Source of the DNA: Ginglymostoma cirratum | Lineage: Eukaryota | Reading direction: 5' to 3' | Assembly (NCBI GenBank): GCA_024137785.1 | Contig: JAHRHZ010000282.1 | Span: forward strand, 62,001-126,000 | Length of the DNA stretch: 64,000 bases | Shown: positions 1 through 11,238 of the stretch, piece after piece | Layout of the letters: each line of letters starts with the position of its first letter | How positions within the stretch are numbered: the stretch's first letter is position 1 | Position numbers and translations under genes: made by a program | Notes under the pieces: model-generated | Databases searched by the model: none | Told to the model about the DNA's origin: nothing | The model's input: only the letters and a program-made list of their open reading frames with translations

Positions 1-787
1 CGGGATTACATTCAATTTGATCTCTGTGCCAAACGCTGTTTATAAATGAACAAATTTATTTTGTTCCTGAAATAACTGCACAGCGGCCGATATCCCGTCA
101 CCAAGTGATCCTTCATTTACATATGCAGACTACACTGGCTGAGGCCAGCCAGCTTGGAGTCAGTCCCCTGAAATTAGAAAATTCAGAGCCTCCTGTTTAT
201 ACCAATTGCCCAGGGCTCCCTGACTAGCCCAAGTTAATAAGCCCAACCATCGATCTCATAGTCAATGATATCCACCTGTCTCCAAACGCTACGGTTCTTT
301 CAGCAAAAATAAGAAAGAACTGCGGATGCTCGAAATCTGAAACAAAAGCAGGAATAGCTGGAGAAACTCAGCAAGTCTTGCAGCAACTGTGAAGCGAAAA
401 CTGAGTTAACTTTACAGGTCCCATAAACCTTCTTCAGAACTTTGGTCCTTTCTCACAACAGCCATGATATGTAGGGGATTGAAAATAGCAATTACTGCAG
501 ATGCTGAAGTCAGACACAACAGTGTGGAGTTAATGGAACTTCTCTGATGCTGCCTGACCTGTCGTGTTCCTCCAGATCGACACTGTGTTGACAAAGTAGT
601 TTGAAACTACTTGGTTCAATCGAAGAACAAAGGATCTTGAAGCTCATTGGCTGTCATCTGATGTGTTTGTCAACAATGAACCAATGAGTAGAGATCCGGA
701 AATTACTCAACCTGTTTCCAACACTTGTTGAAACTCATGTTATCTTCGGCCAGTTCTGCTCACTTTCATCGTGATCTCTCTGCAAAC

Positions 788-839
788 ATGTCACCTGGAG
801 CTCTATGTTTACTTCTCACAGTATCAGCTCTCCTAATCG
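788..839 (+). CDS. Leader exon of intact TCR alpha/delta V segment (V1)
   Basis: ATG at 788 reads MSPGALCLLLTVSALLI+G, a hydrophobic signal peptide; phase-1 donor G|gtagg at 839/840. Confidence 0.9.
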
Positions 840-1285
840 GTAGGTTGAAAAGTTATTTATTTCCATGCTTCAACTCTTTGCCGTGAATTACATTTATTCA
901 AGCAGTTCGCGCAACCTGGAGGCAGCAATACATCCTCCCCAGACAAAAACTAACTTGATATGAACATGTCCCAACAATGATCAGAGTTTGGGAGAAATTA
1001 GCAAATGTACTTGAGTGGACAGTGGAAGAGTTAGGCTGGACATTCAGACAGGACTGAGGCCAAAGAGATTATTCAACCGAGGGGAGAATTTTAAATCCAC
1101 CAACAGTTTACAGCTTTCCCTTTAAGTTTCAGGAAATGAAATTGGAAAGGACCTCCTCATAATGGATTGTAGTTCAACTTCCTCGATTTATTTCTCATGT
1201 TAGTGATGAAAGTTAGTGGACTGATTCTGAGCGATAGAATGTTGAAGTGTGTTATTCAATTTTCTGAAACTCTCCGCTCTTACAG

Positions 1286-1589
1286 GTCTTTGTCGTGGAG
1301 ATTCTGTCTCACAAACAGCGGCTGCAATTGCAGTGAATGAGGCTGACGATGTCCTGTTGTCCTGTAATTACAATACAACAAACAGCAACCCTTCCCTGTT
1401 CTGGTACCGTCAACATTCCAGGGGGTCCATGCATTTTCTACTGTATAAAAACCGATATAGTGAGAAACAAGCGAGTTTTCTAAATGACCGGCTTTCCTTG
1501 GATTTTGATCATGTGAAACGCACTATCCAGGTGAGAGTGTTAAAAGCAGAACTATCAGACTCCGCAGTGTATTTCTGCGCACTGAACCC
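1286..1589 (+). CDS. Intact TCR alpha/delta V exon (TRAV/TRDV-type, V1)
   Basis: Acceptor ttacag|GT is in frame with the leader; LCRGDSVSQ..LSCNY..LFWYRQ..DSAVYFCALN retains both Cys and the Trp, with no stops; followed by a 23-RSS. Confidence 0.95.
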
Positions 1590-1628
1590 CACAGACACTC
1601 AGAACTGAGCTGACCCTGTACAAAAACT
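1590..1628 (+). other. 23-bp-spacer recombination signal sequence of V1
   Basis: CACAGAC (1590-1596) + 23 nt + ACAAAAACT (1620-1628). Confidence 0.93.
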
Positions 1629-2589
1629 TTACGGGCGCCACTGATCACGATACTACGTCAGGCAAACAGTGAGGTAGGAATGGATCTGAAGTGGTTCCCG
1701 AATTCACGGTGACGTTTTGCACTTCCAATTCGGGCACAAAGCCTTAATCATTAGAAATCTATTCTTGAAATAAACTAATGCCACCAGTTTCGTGAATAGA
1801 AAACAAATTATTTACTTTGTGTCTTTCATGATGTTCCAAATTACAGCAATGAAGTACGATCAAAAATTCAGCAACTGGTTTTGATCCAGCAAAATCCTCC
1901 AGTCATATAGAGGACTGGGTTTGAGAGACAATAACGTGGCGCAGGATGCTAATAATGAAACACTGGAGCAAACTGAATATTATCAAGAACATTGTAGTTT
2001 CTTGCTCCTCTCCCTCACGTTACAGTTCCAGAATGAGAAGTGAGAGATGCACAGGTCCAGAATAATGCAGACTTGCTCGAAAATATTAGTAAGGAAGTGG
2101 GATGTAATTCAGACCTGAAAAACGCACACAAATAATTAAAAACATTTTATAGAGGCTGATTAATGAGTCAGGTCCGCCAGTGAAAGCATCAATCACTTGA
2201 GTCTTTTGCTGTTAGGCTGAACGGAAATGTACATTTTTCATCACAGGTATAAATTTGTTCATTCTTTGCCAGCAATTCAGATCTGGACATTTAAGTTGTG
2301 CATAGACCAGTGGGTTCCTTTTTTCCTTCTGGCGACATTTGAGAGAAACCGTCTCCTATTTTGATCGTGAGTCACAAAAGAGATATACCTGACTCTGGGT
2401 GTTCAAATACAGTGAAACCTGTTTCTGCAGATAACAGGATGCACGTGGGACTTGGCATCCCTCAGGAGATAATGCATTCTGCACAGTCAGAATGCCACTT
2501 TCATTGTAAAACATGTTAAAGCCTTTGATCGGGATCACACATGTGAGGCAACATTTTGAGAAGTGCACTGTCTTGAGAGTTTATGGTAG

Positions 2590-3233
2590 GCAGAGTCATA
2601 GATCAATCCCTATAGTGTGGAAATAGGCCCTTCGGACCAAGCTGTCCACAGCGACCTTTGGACTCCACACAAACAGTCACCTGGGGCTGGAATCGAACGC
2701 GGGTCTCTGGTACTGTGAGGCTGCAGTGCTAACCACTGAGCCACAGTGCTGCCCAACACAACGTCAACAACACTCCCTGCATATCTGATCCATGCTCAGT
2801 GCTCACTGAAGTCTTCTTGTAAATAATGCAGCCCCTCCACTGTCCACAACTGTCGCTCCAGCCTCTGAATCAAAGGGTCATGGTTTCAAATCCCACCCTA
2901 GAGACTTGGATCTCCAGATCACTTAGAATCCCTACAGTGTGGAAGCAGGCCCGTTGGCCCAACAAGTCCACACCGAACCTCGAAGTATCCCAACCACACC
3001 CGCCCCCTTGTAACCCACATAATCTACACACCCCTGAACACTACAGGCAACTTAGCATGGCCAATCCACCTAACCTTCACATTTTTGGATTGTGGGAGGA
3101 AACCGGAGCAAACCCACGCAGATCCAGAGAGATTGTGCGAACTCCACACAGACAGTCACCCGAGGCTGTAATTGAACCTGGGTCCCTGGCGCTGTGAGGT
3201 AGCAGTGCTAACCACTGAACCCCCGTGCCGCCC
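2590..3233 (-). mobile_element. Two tRNA-derived shark SINE copies (HE1-like), about 2590-2755 and 2920-3233
   Basis: Reverse complement of GGCACGG..GGTTAGCACTGC..CTCACAGCGCCAGGGACCCaGGTTCAAT (pol III A/B-box head) plus TGGCCATGCTAAGTTGCC body; the same family recurs elsewhere in the window. Confidence 0.75.
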
Positions 3234-4731
3234 TAAATGATTAATTGGAGTGCTCAGCCTAAGTCTCAGTGCGCCAATGTACGTGATTCACTGCAGTTTC
3301 TGACAGCTGAGTGCCACCAGCACCAATAATGTCATGACTTACTTTTGAATAATTTAAGTGAAAATGACCCAAGTGACATTCGGTCAACGAACAGTACAGC
3401 ACAGAAGCACAGAACGTCGGCCCACCATGTCTCAACTGACTACATTGCCCTTATGAACGAATTCTATTACCTACTCACAGTCCACATCCTTTATTCCTTG
3501 CCGATTCGTGCACATGCTAAACGCATATTAAACATTGTTTGCATATTTGCTACTACCCCCTTCACTGTTAGTACATGCTTGAGACCTAGCACTCTCTGTG
3601 TAAAGTAAAGTGACTCGCATATCTCCTTTAAACTTTTCTCCTCTCACTTTAGACCTATGCCCCTTCGTATTTGACATTTGCTGCCGGGGAAAATGTTTCC
3701 GAATATTTACGCTTTCATGCCTGTCATAATTTTATATATTTTTATCAAGTCGTCTCTCACATCTGACACTAATGCGAAAGTAATCTGGGTATATGCAAGC
3801 TCTCCTTCTCGTTGATACACTCCGACCAACGCAACATCCTGGTAAATACCTTTCTGCACCGTTTCCTATTGTGTGGCGACCAGTGTTGCACACAGCCAGT
3901 GTTGTTGCCACTGAGAGGTCGCAGAATGCAATTTTCGTGATTAATCTATCACTGTCGCAGTGTCATATTTAAACATCAATTGCAGAAAGCAATGAACCCA
4001 GTTTATATTCCCATCTTTTTTCCTGGACTCCATACAAAGCGTTATTTCGCGCACATCAGTCATCCTCAGCACAACAAAAGGACGGATCTCATAGCATACA
4101 ATTAGATTCTGAAAACTGACAACTCATTGCAATATGTTGTGGTTAAAAAGAGTCCTATTCTTTCTGCTTTAAAATAAGGCTGCACGATCTTCATCTGTTC
4201 CTTTGAACATCTTTCCATTCAATTTTTTTTCAGAACACTGTTGTGACTCTGGAATATTAGAGACACCATTCTCTCCCATTGAACTCTGATGGTGAGGACA
4301 TAACGATACTACATGCGTTCCCGTTGCAAGAACGTACTAACCTATTTTCCATCCCAAACACTACCGCAAGTTATTTATTTTGTATTCTGCCCTTTGGACG
4401 TTGCCCGATGGTGATGAAAATGTTTTTCATAATTGTACCATGCTCAACGCTGCTGGAGTTATTCTCTCCACTTAACTTAAACTTCGTACATTGAAGGCAT
4501 TTGGAATGCCGAACAGTTATAAAGATTACCAAGAAACAATCACTCAGAGAATCTAAGTGCACATAGTTAACGGCTACAGCAGGTATGTCTGCATTAAAGC
4601 AGAGCACAATTTACTGTTCGAAATTAGTTGAACCTCTCGAGACGCAGACGTTGAATAAATGAGTGAAGTTTCAATTGGAACACAGAGCTCAGGTGAGGGC
4701 TTTCGAGAAGTCTATCAGTTTGTTGCAAGAG

Positions 4732-4801
4732 ATGTGTGGCCCAGCAAATGGCCCATTCTGTGCCATTTATTATCCAACTCTTGCTGTTATTGGTGTCCCT
4801 G
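4732..4801 (+). CDS. GPR139/142-like GPCR first coding exon (open; no partner exon 2 found nearby)
   Basis: 70 nt, MCGPANGPFCAIYYPTLAVIGVP+G|gtaagt; same length, phase and motif as exon 1 at 50850-50919. Confidence 0.8.
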
Positions 4802-5029
4802 GTAAGTAACAGGTTCCAAATATTCATTTTTAAGTGCAACAAAATCTTTCTGGTCAATATCAGGATTTGTGTGATATTCCCAGTTGAAGGAACCTCGGCC
4901 CAAGTTCATACATAGACATGCAAAATTTTAAGTTATACTGAATGGCACCCATTTGCAAGACGCAAGATTATATCTAACCTGTGAAGGAGAAAGCAGAGTT
5001 GACGTTTCGGGTCCGGTGACCCTTCCTCA

Positions 5030-5350
5030 GAACGGTGCTCAGTGGTTAGCACTGCTGCCTCACAGCGCCAGGGAGCCACGTTCAATTCCATTATCGGGCG
5101 ACTGTCTGTGCAGAGTTTGCACATCCTCCACATGTCCGCTTGAGTTTCCTCCAGGTGTTCTGCTTTCCCCCCACAGTCCAAATGATGTGCAGGTTAGGTG
5201 GACTGGCTGAGCTAAATTGCACGTTGTGTTCAGGGGTCTGTAGATTAGGTGGTTTATACGGGGATGGGTCTGGGTGCGCTGCTCCAAGGTTTGTTGTAGA
5301 CTTGTTGGGCCGAAGGTCCTGTTTCCACACTGGAGGGATTCAATGATTTG
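5030..5350 (+). mobile_element. tRNA-derived SINE (HE1-like)
   Basis: GGTGCTCAGTGGTTAGCACTGCTGCCTCACAGCGCCAGGGA head, CCACAGTCCAAA.GATGTGCAGGTTAGG body, CCTGTTTCCACACT tail. Confidence 0.78.
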
Positions 5351-6208
5351 GTGTAAGAATTACCCATCAAAACGTTTAGCAACATTTGAGAGAGAACAAA
5401 GAATCAATGTCAAAACATCAGAATTCCACTGGATGGCGCTGCAGCAGATTGGCTGTGACCACAATTGACAGAACTGTCAGCTTTGCCATGTGCCAGCTGA
5501 CATCTGGCCACTGCAGAAAATAACTTTATGTCACTTTTCACTTTAAATGATGATATAGTTCAGGGCAGCAACTCTACATAAAATGTTCGTGGTTTTGCAA
5601 AGGAGAGGGCATCGAAGATAGGAACTGTTTTGAATGATAGCATTCATGTTGCAAATGTTATTGTCAACAAGTATTTGTATTTGGATTCCTCATAAATGTT
5701 GCATTTATCAAAATTGAACATCAACAAAGCCAGACCGTAAAAGCAGCAACAAGATAGGTTAGGCACTGAGAAACGTTCCATCTACACTTTACTATCAGAA
5801 TCTGCTATGTACAATCGAGGAATAAAACAAAAAAAAACCTCCTTTCTCAAATGCTCGTTTCTAAAGTCAATATGCATTGATTAATAACAAAATGCATCTT
5901 TCCCTGAGCTCTCGAATGAAAAAGAGGCTCAGAACGTGGAACTCGAACCTGCTGCAGGATAAATTCCAGAATAACTTTGCGAACAAAGATTTACAGACAA
6001 TTATAGCTCCGGCAAAATACAGATATTTTGTACTGGTAAGGACTGATTACGTACAAAATTGTGAAAGAAAAATTCGCTGTTGTAATGAATTATAAATCTT
6101 CAACTTGTCCATATTTTACGTATTTTGTTAAGTTTTAAAAGGTTTTACTTGCCTTGCTTTCGATTCAGCAGTCCACTATTATCGTCTCTTCAGTCGTCGG
6201 ACCGAGTC

Positions 6209-6530
6209 AGTTCTTGTACAGCTTCATATTCTTTTTCTTAATCACTGTGTCTCAATGCACCTTAATACACCGCAGTGTCTGCGAACTGGGCTATGTTAAC
6301 AGTGAGCGTGGTGGAGCTTTACTCACCATCAACAGATACTTTAAACCTTCCTTCAATTCTTTCATCCTTGAATGTGGAGACAAGGCACTCAGGAGCTTGA
6401 TTAATGAACTGTCTGTATCAAAGCACGTAGTCCATCGACCCAATGGCAGCGCTGTACTGGAGCGAAATGGCTTGCCCGAAAATTCCCTGATAAATAGATG
6501 TCGGAAATGTTTCAGAGTGACAACTGGTAG
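6209..6530 (-). pseudogene. TCR V pseudogene (Vb) with RSS
   Basis: Acceptor ttgcag|; reads TSCHSETFPTSIYQGIFGQAISLQYSAAIGSMDYVL*YRQFINQAPECLVSTFKDERIEGRFKVSVDGE*SSTTLTVNIAQFADTAVY*GALR; three stops, both canonical Cys lost; CACAGTG (6249-6243) + 25 nt + ACAAGAACT (6217-6209). Confidence 0.87.
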
Positions 6531-6619
6531 CTGCAAGACACGAACAGCAGTGAACTAAATTAACATAATGATTCATTAATAAGAATTAAATAAAGTGAGT
6601 GTTAAATAAGCATATCTGC

Positions 6620-6658
6620 CGATCGATCGATCGGTCTATCTATCTATCTATCTATCTC
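6620..6658. repeat. (GATC)n/(TCTA)n microsatellite
   Basis: cgatcgatcgatcggtctatctatctatctatctatc. Confidence 0.8.
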
Positions 6659-6886
6659 TTCAGTCTTTAGCATATCTCTTTGCCGCGTCATGCGAGCAGC
6701 AAAGACATTTTTGTCTCCGTTATTTAACTTTAAATGTAATACAACAGAATAGAGAACATCAACTGAAGATCTTTTCCACACTTTGTCTGAAGTAATAATG
6801 AAAAAGATTTGATCACTTCATCCCGATGGATGCTTCAGGAACAGGAAGTATGAATTTGGAATGTCCCTGCTATTTGTAACACTTAC

Positions 6887-6936
6887 CGTTTGGAATAAAG
6901 TTAAATGTGCCAACAGAGATATGGCACTGCTAACAT
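6887..6936 (-). pseudogene. Degenerate candidate leader exon for Vb
   Basis: ATG at 6936, hydrophobic AISLLAHLTLF in a shifted frame, donor gtaagt at 6886-6881. Confidence 0.45.
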
Positions 6937-7379
6937 ATTGAACAACGGGATTCACACTTCATCTCACTGTGTCTGCTTTGCACAGTAGTACATTCCGCCG
7001 TTCCCGATCACGGTGCCATCTATTGAGATGATGTTGGACTTCTTCGATCTGTCAAAAGCAGCGTGTATTGGCCTATTGACTTATTGCCCTGGCATATGGA
7101 GCCAATATATGTGGCAGCAACTGTCTGTGATTGTCTGTACCAGGCCACCATGTCGAAAGTACCAAGGGAGAGCTGACAGTCCAGTTCAACCCGGTCACCA
7201 TCTCTAGACGTTACCTGATCTATCTGTGTGCTTTAATTCCCCCACTGGACAGCTGTAATGAAAGAAACGTCACTCAAACTCCAGGAGATATTACAGGATT
7301 GGTAAAACAAGACGTCTGGTTAGAAAAATAAACTCACAAAACATCAAGCACATCAGAGTTCCAACTTGAAAAAGGTCAT
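6933..7379 (-). pseudogene. TCR V pseudogene (Va): leader 7379-7338, V exon 7252-6972, 23-RSS 6971-6933
   Basis: Frameshifted leader MTFFKL..LMCLMF|gtgagt; V exon VQWGN*STQIDQVTSRDGDRVELDCQLSLGTFDMVAWYRQSQTVAATYIGSI..(frameshift)..AAFDRSKKSNIISIDGTVIGNGGMYYCAKQ; CACAGTG + 23 nt + TCAATATGT. Confidence 0.87.
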
Positions 7380-8339
7380 TGCAGGTCTTTCTGTTCATGA
7401 CAATGAAAATGGAGAGGAGGCAAATCAATCATGCTGTGATATCTAGACCAGGACGCGCTGCTGAGACCAAGACTCTCAATGGTGGTGATGGAGAAGCAGA
7501 CGGGAGAATTTTAAATTCTCGTGGTACAGAGAGACTCTGACTGGCGGGCTTATCAATAGCGAATAATTATGGGACATTGTCACTATACGTCATTCAGCGT
7601 CATACTCCGATGTGGAGCCTTTGAAACAAGAAAGAAAAAACTCTCTCTTTCTCCATCTCTCCCCCGTCTCTCTTTCTGTTTGTCTCCTCTCTATTTCACT
7701 TACACTGTGTGATAGCCGATTCAATTCTACATGAAGAAATGATATTCGTCATATTTCCAACTGAAATACTCATCGCCATATTGGAATTATTGAATTTGAT
7801 ATAATTTCTGTCTTTTTCCGAAAATTCTGCCGGAGAATCCCTGAAAACTTTCATTACTTTAACTTTAGTTGTGTGCCGGCTGTATGTTCCCTTTCCTAAC
7901 TTATCCAGTCCATATTTGGCTTGCTTTCCCTACGGTTTTGGTTATTATTAATTCATCCGACTTAAAGAAATAGAAAGAGCAATTATAGATGGACTTTTAG
8001 CTCGTAATTTAAGCGTAAACTCCACAATTGCATTCATGCCACCCGCTGGTGGAGTTGGTCGAGTCTGTCAAACTGTGTATTCAGTTTATTATTATTTGTA
8101 TTGTGCTCATTGCTAAACAATTTACTGCAGAGTGGATGCATATTTCATTGAGAAATTCACCTATGAGGAAAAGAGATCGAGGTAATAAAAGAGAGAGACA
8201 AAGAGGCACTGAGAAAGTCAAAGAAATAATCAGAGGATGTTAAAGTTTTCAGTTTTTTTAATTGTTGTGGAGCTGTCATTTGTTCTGACAGAGCAGTCAA
8301 TTCTGCCTCTGGGAGGCACCTCTCAGTAAACCAGAGACC

Positions 8340-8706
8340 ATGTGCTGCACATTGTATTTACTGATAGAAATGATGTCGCTAAGTGGTGAGTGTGCTTTAA
8401 ATATCTGGCGTGTCTTCTAGGGGTTATATTTACACTATAACTGCTGAGACATCGTGCATGCATGTCTCAGGCACGAGTTTCAACGACTCTCTGCCACAAA
8501 ACCCATCTGATTTAACTGCGTGGGAGGGAGAGAGCTTAAAAATAGACTGTCCTTAGTCGATGATTACGCTGCCGGAGCCTATCCTGATACGTTCAGTGTT
8601 GCCTGGAAACTCTGAGATATTTACTGAAGATAAGCAGTGTTGACGATGAATTCACATCTCCAGAATTACAAGACAGTTGCCAAGCAATTGTTCAGCTTCC
8701 ACAGTG
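8340..8706 (+). pseudogene. 3'-truncated TCR V pseudogene (Vc): leader 8340-8385, V exon from 8471
   Basis: Leader MCCTLYLLIEMMSLS+G|gtgagt; acceptor ctcag|; TSFNDSLPQNPSDLTAWEGESLKIDCP*..(frameshift)..*YVQCCLETLRYLLKISSVDDEFTSPELQD; no DxAxYYC; CACAGTG at 8700-8706 without a correctly spaced nonamer. Confidence 0.75.
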
Positions 8707-10649
8707 AGTCTGAGGAACTTTCCTAAAAAATCATAGAAAAGAACAAGACTCAACAGAAATAGTCGAGGAGCACTTGCAAATTGACATCCATTGATTTTAT
8801 TTATCACTTGTAATTAACAGATTTTCATAAATCCATTCGACTACTTTCAATGACCATTGACTGTTATTGTATTTTCTGTGCCTTCCAAACATATTATGCT
8901 GCAATATCCCAACTTCACTGAAAGTTTTGGGACACTTTGACACCATCCTTTCCACAGCGTTTAGTTGATCAGATTCAGTCGCTGTATCAGAAACTGTTCA
9001 TGCAGAATGAGCAGATTTTGCAAGGGAATGAGTGTGATAACAGAAAGAAAATCAATGTGCAGATTATCTTCAGTGATCACTGATCTTCAATAATGTACCC
9101 GCATTAGTGGAACGTTCCATTTCATGGTTAACAGTCCTAATTTTTCTGAAGACAATAAGCAAATGAAGAGTTCAGCTCCACTCACCTTCACCCTGTTCTC
9201 TAGCCTCAGGATGCCAATTGCAATCCTACTCATCACCTTGCCATTCAAGGGCAGTGAGCTCCCCACTGAAGATTTGCCGACCCTGAGAGGTACAGGTGTT
9301 TAATAGAGAATTTCTTGAGATATGGTAGCTAGTTATTCAATGTGGAAATGAGAGCCAGTATTCTCAAGCCCGGTTCTGTGATGGGTTGGTCAGGCTGAAT
9401 GAATGCTGCACGTCATTTTCACACTTGCTTTGGGAAGCAGACGTGTGATTTATCATGTCGTTGTACAAAATCCAATTCATCCAACCCTCCTATTTCAAAC
9501 AATGCTAATTGCTCCATGAATGGGATCAGTGACAATCGACAAAATGTAATAATGCCATTTCCAATTCAAGATGAAAACGAAAACTGTTGCATCGAAATTC
9601 TCAGTATCTAGGATGAGTGTGAATCAGGCTGCCATCCGTAAGCTTTCTTTTCGCAGTCAATGAAGATCGGAATATTATCACGACTTTGCTGATTTCACTT
9701 ACCTAAAACCAATTTAAATTGACTGCCATGTCTGAATGATTAAAATACAAAGAAGGGCAAAATGAAGTTTCAGTTTAAAGTTGATATTATTTCTGTGTTC
9801 ATATTTATCTGGAGTGACGTATACCATGAAAGGAATAATAACAAGCAAAATGAGGCATAATTATTTAACAAAATATGATAGAAACTTGTGAATTCAGAGA
9901 TTTTGCAGGCAAAGATTATTTTCCGAATAGTATGAGAAAAGGGAGCTTCATCTTCGTCTTTGTCTATTCACTGCAGAAGGTCCAGCTTCGTTAACATCAA
10001 TGATGCGTACCAGGCCAGAAATCCACCCGAGATACATGAATAATCTGACTTCATGATCTGAGGTTTGCTCTCGGAAAGTGGGAACTTGAATTTAGTTCAT
10101 CAGGTATCATCTGGAATTAGCACTAGTATTTGAAGGGAATATCGGATTGCGATAAAATCAATTTGATTTAAAATATTGTGCTGGGAAAGAAATCTGTTGT
10201 TCTCTCTAATTTATTTTGGACTTCAAACCATCAAGTACAAGGTTAACTGTAAGTTTCCTTCTAAATTTGCCTTTTTATTGAAGCAGCGATTAAGATCTGT
10301 TACTGAAACAGAACACAGCAGTTCAATGTTGATTGATAATTGCAAAATTCCCACATTTCAACAGTTTATTCCAATTATTCTTTTGCTTAGTTTGAGTGTT
10401 TTCCTTTGAACCTCCAACTTCCAATAAATGAAATCGTATTATATAGTAACGACTTTGATTAAAAACAAAATGCTTTCAGTTGCTCAGAAGATTTATGTGT
10501 CATATTTTCTCTGCAAAAGACAATTTCCTGCTGTTGCACCATGTGACATAAAGTTGCACACACCAGAAATGCAGCAGCAATACGAAGGAGCTGGACAGAC
10601 TCTGGTCCATCTCCACATTGCAGAATGTGGAGTGGAAGACTGGAAGCAG

Positions 10650-11230
10650 ACGGAGAAACGCCATGATTGGGAAGTGAAGAGAAATGGAGGCTCACATGAC
10701 GTGGAAAAAGCAAAAGCAAAAATAAAAGATAAACAGAAGGACAGAGATTCGACAAAAAATTGTAGTGTGAAACAATGGGAAACATAAAAGCTGAACCAAA
10801 CAGAAAGGGAAGTGGAGAGAGGGAGAGGAAAAAAATCACAAATGCAAATATGAAAGCAAAAGGACGAGGAAAGAGTGAAAGAAAGAGTAGAGTATAATCT
10901 GAAATAGAAATAGTGAGATATATAAAACTGAGAGAGAGCAATTGGTGGAGAGAGAGAGTTAAAAAAGAACAAAACAGAGTTATAGAGGCATAAAGCGCCG
11001 TGGAGAGAAAGAGACCGGCATAAATACTTTGATAGTAAAGGTTAAGGAGAAAGAAACACGGAGAGAATGAGTACAGAAGTAGAGAAAGGAAAATAAAAGA
11101 GGATGTTGATGGAAAAACAGATGGACAACCGTGAAGTAGAGTACAAAGGGAATGTAGCATTCAAGGGGAGAGAATGGGGAAAACACACAAATCAAAGGAG
11201 ATTGAGAGTGACTGACAGAAAGTCATTGCG
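10650..11230 (+). repeat. Purine (GA)-rich low-complexity tract, continuing at about 13850-14290 beyond the CR1 insertion
   Basis: Strong A/G bias; produces spurious F/L/S-rich minus-strand ORFs. Confidence 0.75.
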
Positions 11231-11238
11231 AGAAGCAG

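Noticed and set aside
2356-2568. Minus-strand ORF ending QKQVSLYLNTQSQVYLFC, superficially like IgH V FR3
   Set aside because: No WxRQ, no DxAxYYC spacing and no RSS after it
2826-5346. Several overlapping ORFs in both directions
   Set aside because: Mostly translations of SINE copies; similar peptides recur at other SINE sites
6887-6971. Read-through of Va across its RSS to the 6886 donor making a V-V chain, or a J-like reading (SVGTFNFIPN)
   Set aside because: All three frames hit stops before the donor; no FGxG motif or J-type RSS
10459-11160. 233-aa hydrophobic minus-strand ORF
   Set aside because: Translation of the CT-rich strand of a low-complexity purine tract
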